Positions 48,467-59,450 of a stretch of 64,000 nucleotides of DNA are shown here, piece after piece. Below the pieces are notes generated by a model that saw only the letters and a list, made by a program, of their open reading frames with translations, had not been told where the DNA came from and did not search any database. The stretch lies in contig OZ374557.1 of the NCBI GenBank assembly GCA_977862235.1, forward strand, positions 2,604,001 to 2,668,000, read 5' to 3'. Numbering within the stretch: the stretch's first letter is position 1; the number at the start of each line of letters is the position of its first letter. Origin of the DNA: Dudresnaya verticillata (lineage: Eukaryota). Made by a program: the position numbers and the translations under genes.

Positions 48467-49240
48467 TGTAGTATAGCTGTCAGCACACTATCAGCAGCGG
48501 CTGTAAGGTATGCTGGCAGCGCCGCACTTCAATGGTGCACACGATGACGCCCGCTGGCGAGTCGTGGTTGGGCAGCGTTCCCTTATTTTTTTCGTTGATT
48601 TAGTAGCGATCGACCGCATTGCTGCCGGAAGCTGCCGCGCGCCGTGCCGCACACGGCGCGCCCCTGTGACGCTCTCCGGCGTCGAACCGTTGAGAGGGCC
48701 GCAGCCCGTTACGCCCCGCGTGCGCCCACGGGTAACCGTTACCCGGACGTGTCGACACGTGTATGGGCGCGCGCTCGCACACCTCCCGCGTTGGTGTTGT
48801 GGGGCGCATGTACTGTAGAAGTAGTCGTAGTGCACATAGTGTAGGGTATTTAAGACCGTCGGCCATCGACGGCTCAGTAAACCGGGCAAGCAACAGCTCG
48901 TGCTGAAGCTTTCCCCCAGCCTTTCCGGGTTCGATCCCTTTGCCTTACGCGAGCGGGCGGTTTCCCTTTTTCCCCTTGCCTCGCTAGGCTTTCCCCTTTC
49001 CTTTTCCTTTCCGTCAGCTTCGTGCTGCCCTTCGACAGGGACTCTGGGATCCGGCCGCTGCCTACCCGCGTACGGTACCCGCCGTGCGCGCTCCGGCATC
49101 GACGCCGTCGATCCGCACCTGCGGGGCGCACGCGGCCGACACCGCTCTACCAACCCCAACAGCTACCCATCGACGGGTCTGTGTGGCGGCTTCGGACCAG
49201 CAAGTATCAGATGTCGAATCGACCCGACGTCTATACTACA
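48467..49240 (+). repeat. E5 3' LTR
   Basis: Follows the PPT; followed by TSD AATAC. Confidence 0.97.
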
Positions 49241-50637
49241 AATACCATTGCGTTGCATGAGTGCTATCCTGTGCTTCATGAGTAAGGAATCTATCAGAAC
49301 ATCTTGCGGAATCCGAGAGGCAGTAATTGGCACTAGTGGCAGGGATTCTATACGTGCATATAATCTGCTGCTGGTGCCTTCCTACCCCTATGCACGTGCA
49401 TTAAGCGCGCCAAAGGAACAAATTCCACTCATACCGTACGTGGCCTTGGCACAGAAGCTTCCGGAAAGTCGGCGTAAGCGCTTCCACGGACCCTCTTCTT
49501 TTCAGTAATGTAGGATTCAGTGTTAGACGTACTCATGTCCTCTATTACTCGAGAAGGACAATATTTTCGCAGCTTCGAAATTCTTGTGAAGCAGTACTGT
49601 GGTGCAAGGGGAGGTGAGCGGTTTTTCGCTGAAAGCGGGCAGCAACAAATACGTCGACCGACAGAGAAACCGCCACCGGCGCTCACCACCGCCGTTGGCG
49701 CGCGAACACGTCACCGACGGCTCCCTGGGGCGCGCGCACACACTGCGCGCGGCGCGACACGCGGGTACTGTACGGTGATGGGCCGACGTGGCGCCCCGGG
49801 GCATTGTGATACGGATCCAGATGGGATCCGGATCCGATATCGAGATTGGCTATCTGGATCGCCTGAGCTGTAAGATACGCGCCTGTAAGGCTGCGGATGT
49901 TCGCATCGCTGGCCCGATCCGGATGGGATCGGGATCGGACAAGTATCGGATTAGATCCAGGACGCACGCTCTACAGTACACGCGCGCGCACGGCTGTAAG
50001 GCACACGCGTCCACGTGTGTGTGTAAGCACCCACACAGGGGGTTGCACGGCAACCTGTCAGGCGCGCGGCTGCATGCGATGAGTGATCTGTCAGACGCAC
50101 CTCGGGACGACACGTGTCCCGAGTTCCCGCGCAACGCACACGCACCGCCGCCGCCGCACCGCCGTACTATACTTAGGTAAGCCGTCCCAGACGTAGCAGT
50201 AAACGCTCGGGCAAGCCGGCCTTGGTCCAGACTTCCCCGTTCCGCACGCGCGTACCCTACCGCAGCCTACGGCTAAGCGTCTACCTTCCGTGCTTCCACG
50301 TCTCTACCCGTCCTTGACGTGTTTCCCTTTTGTTTCCTTTCTGTTTCCCTTTTCCTTCCTTTCCGTCTCGGGCGTCTACAGTCCGCCCAAGGCGTGTCCT
50401 CTGCTCTACCACAAGCCGCCCAAGGCGAGGCTACTCACCGCCACGGGCGCAGCTACCCACCGAGCCCCGAACTGCTCGGCGGTATACCGTCCACAGACGT
50501 TTGCACCACATCCGGTCTCCCGACCTAGAATTGTGCTACGTTTCAACGAGTTACTCCGTCGTGCGACGTCCGACTTTCCGTCTTCAGACGTTCGTCGCTA
50601 ATCGTCTACGACGTTCAAGTAACTCTACGACTGCATC

Positions 50638-53196
50638 ATGGCCTCACGACCGCCGCCGTCGCGAGGCCCAAGTTCAAGAAGACCGTCTTCGACGCCTGGG
50701 AGTGTACCCGCGTCAGAACGGTCGCTACAGCGGATGACAACGAGGTCTGGGCGCCTCGTGAGCCCCGAAATCGCGTCGGCGTTCCCGACGCTACCCCCGG
50801 GCCACGGCCACGCAGGCTCCCACGCGTCGCTCACTGGAGGAGAGTTACCTCCCCCGCCGACGCGCATCCCCGTCGTCGTCCGCACCTCAGTCCCCAAGGG
50901 ATCGGCCCTCCGCACCTACCGCTCCTACGTTGACTCCGCTGATACAGTACAAGCCGAGCAACAGGACTTCGTAGCCGGAACACAAGCCGACATCGCCGAG
51001 GGACAACCGGAACTTCCGGATCAGTAAACAATCCCCGTCAACGACGATCAAGGGCACTCCGCGGAGCGCAACGTCGCTGACGACCCATTGCCACCCGGGG
51101 CATGTTGCCCCACTCCCCATGGCAGTGCCGGTTGTTCACCGGCTAAGCCGAAGTCGCCATGCCAAAGGGCGCAAGGAACGCCTGACCGGTCAACCCGCGA
51201 AAGCCAACCGCCAACGGCGTCACCCTCGCCCGTCCGCGTGGGTAACTTAACGATACCACGCGAACGGATCCGAGAGGTATGCGTCTTGCAAGACGATGCT
51301 ATGCTCGCTAGGTTCGCCAGGTTGCTGGACGACAGTGTCGGAGGAATCGCAAGTCGTCTACAGACGTTGGAGGAGGATCGGGACGGCGCCCTGCAAGGGC
51401 TTCGCTCCGACCTCGACCGTCTATTGACGAACCAAAACGCCCAAGGCGAGGGTACACTACCACTGCCGGCAGTAACGGTTCATTCGCATTCTGAGCTTAG
51501 CTCACGCGAACGCTTTCAGCGACTGGCGACTCGCTTAGAGCGTCTCGAAACCGACAAGTGGTGCAAAGGTCCACCGTCGGGTGACGAGAGCTCATGTGAA
51601 GATCGTCATAGACGTAAGGATCGGAAGAGACGCCGCCGCAAGCTGCGTCAAAGACGGAAGAAGAACCGTCATCGACGTGGGGATTATTCCTCATCCTCTT
51701 CGGACTCGCCAAGCGACGGAGAGTCGTCAGACGCTTCGTATGACGACGACTTCCCATCTCTCGGCAGTGCCGCAAGACCTCGCGGAAAGCGGTTCAAGGG
51801 GTTGAAAGAGCTACGCCCCTCCAACCCCCTTTTCGATCAGCTATTATCGTACAGGACTTACCGTCTCAAAAACGTAGGGCAAACAAGCTCATGGCGCGAT
51901 ACGGGCAAGGTCAAGGACCATATTAAGCGCTTGGAGCTGACCATGAAGGACGCCGCCTTCAACGGCAGCGATCCCGTCATGGTCCTGGAGTTCCTGACGC
52001 GTTTCGCGGATGAAGCCGATACGCTGGAGATGAGCGAAGCCCAAGCGTTCGTCGCGCTGCCGTACTTCTTGCGAGGTACGGCAGCCACGCAATTCCGCTC
52101 CGTCAAGTCGACGTCCTCTCGCCATCGCGGCGGGGTGTCCTCGTATCCGGAGGCGGTACAGTACCTCCTCCGTACGTATGCTACGCCAGCGGCGATCAGG
52201 GACGCTGTCCTCGCCCTGCGGTCGACTGCCCAGAAGCAAGGCGACGACGAGACAACCTATGGGATGTAGCTAGCCGGTGTGTGTATTCTTTGCGGTAACG
52301 TATATCCCGATTGGGAAAAGATGACGCTGTACATCGACGGGTTAGACCCATCCATCAGGTCCCTGGTCGCTCGCTTCCGAGAAGAAACGCCAAGGGCGTA
52401 ATTGTCATTCGAGCAGCTGGTTCACTTCGCGAAGGACGAAAGAGACGCCAACCGCGCACGACGCGGCAGGGCCGGTTCCGCGTCAGCACGACGTGACCTA
52501 CTGACACCGGCTCAAGCCGTACGCACATCGCGACCCGCCATCGGCGATGCCCGAGGTGTACAGCGTCCACAGACGAAATGCGCAAAGCCTGGAGCGCGCG
52601 CTATGATAGCGGAGTCCTCCATCGAGTTCCGAGACGTTAGCCGCCCTGTCGATGACATGGAAACACACGCCGAAGGCGACCTCTACTTGGCAGATGAGCA
52701 AGCGTCGGTGCCAACTTCGGCTCTACAGACGGACAGTTACATCGATGAAGAAGACGCGAGGGACATGGACCCCGCTCTCGCCTTTGGGGGCTCGGTCGTA
52801 CCCGCGCCACGCGTTCCATATTCCGAGTATGCCCCTCACGTTCACCGGGCAAGGCCCGGATGGCAGGACAGAGGTCCGCCCCATCAAGACGCGCGTCGGC
52901 AACTGGTGTGCCACCAATGTTACGCTCGCGGACACATCGCACCGGACTGCTTCCTCCGCATGAGCGACTTCATGAAGGTTATAACCAAGTATGAAGGACT
53001 AACCTAAGCCGAGAAGGCTGGTGTCCCCGCTGATGCGTATGTACGTTGCAAGGAACGCGCGACCCGCGACGCTGCTCGCCGTGCTGAACGACCACAATCG
53101 CCACGAGGCGGTCCCATGCTGCACGCGGTAGAGCGTCATCCGACGATGATCAATCGCTATGTAGCGCCACAACCACCTCCGCAGGCGAAAAACTAA
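50638..53196 (+). pseudogene. gag: E6 gag
   Basis: Motifs LSYRTYRL, FNGSDPVMVLEFL, AVQYLLRTYA; knuckle CHQCYARGHIAPDC; ends GCG AAA AAC TAA. Confidence 0.88.
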
Positions 53197-56100
53197 CTCG
53201 GGCTCCAAATCCTGACACTGGGGTGTCGCACCGCGAAGAGAGGCCTAGGCCTCGGGTGCTGGCACGGAAGGAAGGCCCGAAGTTAGTTACCGATGACGCC
53301 AACGGGCGGATATAGTCGTCACAGACGTCATTAAAACGCCCACGGCGAAGGTACCAGCCCCCCAGGCGCGAGAGCAGTTATTCGTAATGGCCAAGAGGAA
53401 CTATATGGTGTACGCAGATTTGGGCGCGACCGTTAGTACCTTGGCGCGTAAACGCACTGTCCTTGACACGGGGGCTGGTCCGAATTTCATTCGCATTGAC
53501 GACATTCCGCTGGAAGCGCAATCGCGCATCGTGGCAAAGAGCCTCCCCGTCATAGCCGACGCCAACAATAAGGCGATTCAGACAAGAGGCACCATCGACC
53601 TGGTCGTTCGTCTGGGACGGAGAGTCGTCCAGTGGGAACTGATCGTTTGCGAATGATTCGCTGCGCCGGTTATACTCGGCTGTGACTTTTGCGACCGCTT
53701 CGTCGAAGGAATATATCCGCGAAGTCGCGAGGTTGAATTGGATGACGGGACTCGTATCCTTATAACGCGCCTCGCGCTGCGCCGACCCCCGTTGTATCCT
53801 CCGTTACCAACGGAACAGGAATACGGCACGGCCGAAGGAAGGACGTCGCCCAAGATCCGAATAACCGAGCGCGCGATCATCCCGCCTAAGGCGCAGCAAT
53901 GGGTATCGGTGACCACTGAACGCGCCGGCATCATCACAATTCAACCGTTCGGAACGCTGTACGACAAACAAGGTCTGCCGTTACGAACGGGATTGCTCAA
54001 GTGGAGCCGCTAAAAGCGTTTCGCGTTCTCGTTGCCAACTTCTCTCCCCGCCCGCAGGCGCTGGCCAAGGGCCAAGTCGTCGCGACGGCGTTACCACATC
54101 CGACAGCAGTGTTCCCCAGTCACGTAAGTCTAGCTGATGTTTTAGGCCTCACAGAGGAACAGGCCGAGGAGGAGAAGGCAAACCAAGATTTCCGTTTTCA
54201 AACGAACGATAACACTGCGGCACAGCCGGATACTTTCACGAAGTATATCGAGGCAACCACTGCCAAGCCGCCGTCAGTAGACGATTTGGACCTGGGACAT
54301 CTCCCCCCGAGCATCAAGGCCGGCTTAAGGAGATGTTACGCAAGTATTCGTCTATGTGGGACGGTTCGTTGGGAGAAATCTCAACCACGGAGCACTACAT
54401 CGAATTGCTTCCCCGCTCTAGACCGATATCGTCCGCGCCCTACCGAGCGGGGCCGAAGCAAAGACAACTCGCTCAAGCAGAAGTGGACCGCATGCTGCGT
54501 CAAGGGGTTATCGAACCCGCACAATCGCCGTGGGCGTCACCAGTGGTCTTCGCCCCCAAGAAGGACGGGACCCTCCGCTTCTGCGTAGACTACCGTCGTT
54601 TAAACGCCGTAACCGTACGGGACACGTACCCGCTGCCGCATATCGACGAATGCATTGACAGTCTAGGAGAAGCAAACGTCTTCACCACCCTAGACTGTAA
54701 CAGTGGGTACTGGCAGGTGCCGATAAATCCGCGAGACCGCGATAAGGCTGCGTTCACGTGCCACGCCGGACTGTTCCGCTATAAGCGTATGCCATTCGGT
54801 CTCACGAATGCACCCGCTACGTTTCAACGAACGTTGGACATACTCCTCGCTGGTTAAAAATGGCGTTCGTGCCTCGTCTACCTCGACGACGTAATAATCT
54901 TCTCAGCGACATCGACAGTCACTTCCGACATGTTGACGAGATCCTTTCGACATTGCACCGCGCCGGGGTGACTCTGAAGTTGACCAAGTGCGACTTCTTC
55001 ACCCCGACCGTCAACTACTTAGGTCACGTCATATGTCCAGGACAGTTAGAAGTTGACCGCACTGTCACTGCCGCGCTACGCGAAGCCAAGTATCCACGGG
55101 ATCAGAAGGAGCTACGGAGCTTCCTCGGTCTTTGCAACGTCTATAGACGGTTCGTCTCGCGTTACGCGCATGTCGCCGCCCCCCTCCACAAGTTGCTGAG
55201 GAAGGAACAGGACTTTCGGTGACAACCGTTCGATGAGACACAAGCGAATGCGTTCAGCACGCTCGTCGAGGCCGTGACTCATCCTCCTATACTGGCGCTA
55301 CCACAGCAGGGTCTCTCCTATTCCGTCGATTGTGACGCAAGCCAGTATCAGGTCGGCTGCGCTCTCTTTCAAACGCAGCCCGACGGGTAACGTAAGCCAC
55401 TCGGCTTCTGGTCCCGCTCGCTCACCGCTCCAGAGCGTAACTACTCGGTCTCCGAAAAGGAGTGCCTCGCAGTAGTATGGTCCGTCATGACGCTGCGACC
55501 TTACCTCCAGATGGAGTCATTCACAGTCCATACGGACCATTCGTCATTGAGGTGGCTCATGGAAATCAGCGAGCCCTCTGGACGGTCAATGCCGTGGCGC
55601 CTTCGCCTTTCCGAGTTCGACTTCGTCGTGAAGTACAAAATGGGGTACCTGAATACTCAGGCAGATGCCCTTTCGCGTCTACAGACGAAGGGATAAACCG
55701 TCGAGCCCATTGACGATGATATACCATGCTATCACGGAAGCTACGTCGAAGATGGTCATCAAACGTCACAAGACGATCTGTCAGACGCCTAAGGTGAAGT
55801 CGACTTCGCCGAACGAGACTTCGAAGAGTTCGACCAAGTGTTGATCAACAACACGCCACCGGCGGATGAGGTACTCCTTCGTCAAGTGACGCATGAAGAA
55901 TTGGTACACGCCCAAGGCGATGACAAATACTGTAACGATGTCAGGAAACTTCTGGACGACGGGATCATCTTACCGTTCGAAACGAATGAACAGGGCCTGT
56001 TGGTCCGAACAGTGGAAGCCCGTCCGCAAATGGTCGTACCCTCCGCGTTACGAGCTCGCTTACCCGACCTCCGGCACCATGCCAAGTTGGCAGGGCACCC

Positions 56101-57908
56101 AGGGGGTGTAAGTTGTATCATACGCTTCGACGCGAATACTCTTGGCCATCGATGCCAGTGGACTGCTATGCGACCGTCCGCAACTGCGTAACCTGCGCTC
56201 AGAATCGCGTATTGCTGCGAAAGAACACCAAGCAATTGAAGTTATTCCCGGAAACCGAGCCTCTCGAATTCGTATCGATCAACATCCTGGGCGAACTCAT
56301 ACGCACGAAGCGAGGAAACAAGTTCCTACTCGTCATAGTGGACCGCTTCTCGAAGCTGGTCCGGACGGTACCACTGCGTAGTATTACGGCATTGGAAATC
56401 GCTAAGGCGTTTGTACGACATTGGGTCTTCGTGTACGGGCCCCCAAGAAACTGTTGTCCGACAACGGACCACAGTTTGTGGCTAAGCTGTTTCAGGATAT
56501 CTGCCGTCTTTTGGGAGTGGAGAATCTCTTCACCACGACGTACCGTCCGCAATGCAATGGCCAGGTAGAACGATTCAATCGAACTATCCTGGCCTCGCTG
56601 CGTCACTACGTTGCGGATCATCCGAGAGACTGGGACCTGTTCACGGATGCCTTGACGTTCGCATACAACACACAGTTGCATTCATCTACGCATCTCGCTC
56701 CGTTTGAATTGCTGCTGTCCAAGCCACCACGGCCACTGTCGCTCGAAGAGGAACCATCGCTCGAAAGCGTACCCACCGCGGGGCCATACTACATCAAGTG
56801 GTGAAACTGGCTGTCCGCACTGATGGGAACCGCTAAAGCGTCGTTAGAGAAAACTCAAGCACGTTACAAACGAAAATTCGATACCCGATTAAGGAAATAT
56901 GAGGACGTCATCGCCGTAGGCGACTTCATATTCGTACGTAAGGAATACTTCGCCCGAGGCGGGAGCACGGATCGCACAGAGCGTAAGCATAAGTTGGCGC
57001 CAGTGGCGGACGGACCATATCGGGTAACTCACGTTGATAACGAGACCGTAACCGTCTACAAGGGACATGACGAGCGGGAACATTTGTCCCGAGACCGCGT
57101 GGTCTGGGCGCCGATCCCACTGGGTCAAGCGGCCCCTCCAATCGTCGTACCACCAGGCCCGCCCGCGGCGCAGGACGCAGTCGCCCCCACGCCACAAGAC
57201 GAAGGTACGACTACCCCCGGCACGCCACCCGCGAGCCCAGAGGGTGACGCAGAGACTTCGCATACTGCGGGAGATTCGCAGGAGCGTACAACCACAACGT
57301 CACGCAATCGTGGGTTAGCAGAGCTTTCGCCCTTCGCCGCCGACCCCGACGACCGCGCTTCGCAATCAGTCTCCAACGACGACAATACCCCAGGGGTTCG
57401 CATCCGTTTGGAACATGTCGCTACGGCACCGCCGAATGAGAACAATGACGCCGCTGAAAGCGCGTCCGATAACGACGACGTTAACCGTGCAAGCACGAAG
57501 CAAGGCGCTGCAAGCGATGGACTCGTCTCAAGACGCAGTAACCCACTGACCGCTGATCGAGCGTCCGAGGCCCAAGGGCAACGCCTTTGGCGATCAACTC
57601 GTCGAGTACGCTTCGCTGAACCGGAACAGACGCCCATCACGCAACGAGACGAACCACCAAAGGCGCTGGAAAGGCCCACGACGAAGCCAAACGCTGTGAG
57701 CGGGAAATAATACGTGATTGAACGCATCGAGTCGCACGCGTGCGCGGATGATAATGAGATCCTCTACCACGTCAAGTGGTTTGGGTACCCCGCTTCAGCG
57801 AACACCTGGGAGCCAGTCTCCAGTTTGCCGCGATTTCACATCACACGGTACCACCGTCGAAAACGTACGCAGCTGCCGCCAAACGTCGACGACGCGCAGC
57901 GCGGCTAA
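53197..57908 (+). pseudogene. pol: E6 pol (PR-RT-RH-INT-chromodomain)
   Basis: Motifs LDTGAG, LRFCVDYRRLN, YRPQCNGQVERFN; chromodomain YHVKWFGYPASANTWEP (57714-57908); many stops and frameshifts. Confidence 0.94.
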
Positions 57909-58281
57909 CCCTAATCCGGAAATACCGCTGGAAGCGAATGGACGGACGATCGAGATCGCGTGCTCGACCTACGATCGCCAAAGGCGCGGAAGCTCAACCC
58001 ATGGCCTGTGGACGCGGTCGCCAGAGCGACAGCACCACACACGTGTGCACTCCATGGACGAACGCGGACGCAAGTCGTTGCGTCATAGACAGCCTCGCGC
58101 ACGAAATCTCGCCGCAGCCCCCATACGGAACCTCTGGATGGGTGTGCTGTTGACAGTGGATCCAGATCGCAAATCGAGATCCGCCGCCCGCGCCCCTCGG
58201 GTAATAGGAGGAAGTAATTGGTCAAATTTTAATTTCCAAACACGGCAGCGCGCACCAACCCGCCGTCAACGCACGCCGAAC

Positions 58282-59116
58282 TGTGGCATAGACGTCAGGT
58301 CGAACTGACGTCTAGCTGCGCTGGTCGATCAGTCAAACCCAGACCCGTCGAAGGGTCGTAGCTGTGGTGGTAGAGCGGGGGTGTCGGCCGCGCGCGCCGT
58401 CGACGGTCGCGGATCAACGGCGTCGAAGCCTGAGCGCGCACGGGGCGTACCGTACGCGGGCGGCAGCGGCCGGATCCCTGCGTCCCCGTCGTGGGGCGGC
58501 ACGAAGCCGACGGTAGGGAAAGGAAAAGGAAAGCCTAGACGGCTAGGGAAAGAGGGAAGCCGTAGAGCGAAGGACTGGGAAAGAAACCCAAAGCAGAAAG
58601 GGCAAGCCTGGCGTAGGCTGCCTTGCCTGGTTTACTCAAGCCCAGAGGGGCGACTACTAGATATACTACAGGGCCTGCGGCGGCACCAACCCGGGAGGTG
58701 CGCCAGCGCGCCCCAACACGCGTCGACGCGTACGGGTAACGGCAACCCGGGGGCGCGCGTGGGCGAAACGGTCCACACGTACTCAACGGCTCGACGCCGG
58801 AGTGCGCGCGCGCGTGTCACGCACTCAACGGCTCTACGCCGGAGTGCGTGCGCGCCGCGCGCAGGACAGCAGGGCGTTCGACCGCCGCTTACACTTAGAC
58901 AGTGCTGTACACTACAAAACAATAAACGTAGAAATTACATGGGAGTTTCAGTGTCACACGTGTACGCGTGCGCGCTGGCGCCATTGCGCACTTCCTTACA
59001 GTTCAGCGGGGCTTCGGCGCCACCGGCTGACAGCGCGCGCACAGCAGTGCACACGTGGCGCAGCTGGTCTTACAGCTGCGCGTGTGTGGCACAGCTGGTC
59101 TTACAGCTATGCCACA
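58282..59116 (-). repeat. E7 3' LTR (835 bp)
   Basis: TGTGGCATAG...CTATGCCACA; U5 half resembles the E5 LTR. Confidence 0.9.
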
Positions 59117-59450
59117 CAACCCCCCCTCAAGCGCGAACGCCTCGGTCGCGACCGTTACGACGCGCACGCTGTGGGGTGGCCAAGGCGGCGCCCGGGATTG
59201 GCCAGCGGGCCCCCGGACTTCCGTCGGTGACGGGCGTCGATGCCACGTCGGGTGTGCCCGCGCTGAGCCGCGACGGGCTATTTAGAGAGCCGCCTCTGCG
59301 GCTCCGAGGGGTGGGGGTGGTCCGGTCATCGCTCACCACGACCACCAACACTCCCTCCCCCACGCGTACGGCTGCCTGTAGACCAGTGCCATACGCTCCA
59401 AGCTTTCGACGCTCTCAACCTCCTCCCCCATCGCCAGCGTCGACGCGGCC

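Larger units (their letters stand above)
38304..49240 (+). mobile_element. E5: structurally complete chromodomain Gypsy element (10.9 kb), coding regions decayed
   Basis: Two 774-bp LTRs (roughly 25-30 differences by hand count), TSD AATAC on both sides, PBS TGGTCTCCCGACCTA at 39079, PPT GAGGGGGGG at ~48455-48463. Confidence 0.97.
49598..58281 (+). mobile_element. E6: decayed chromodomain Gypsy element, 3' region interrupted by E7
   Basis: 5' LTR 49598-50510 TGTGGTGCAA...TTGCACCACA; PBS (C)GGTCTCCCGACCTAG at ~50513; gag and pol follow. Confidence 0.93.

Noticed and set aside
3573..50510. LTRs 3573-4413 and 49598-50510 as a pair from one element
   Set aside because: They share only the 10-bp termini; interiors differ, the first follows a PPT (3' LTR) and the second precedes a PBS (5' LTR).
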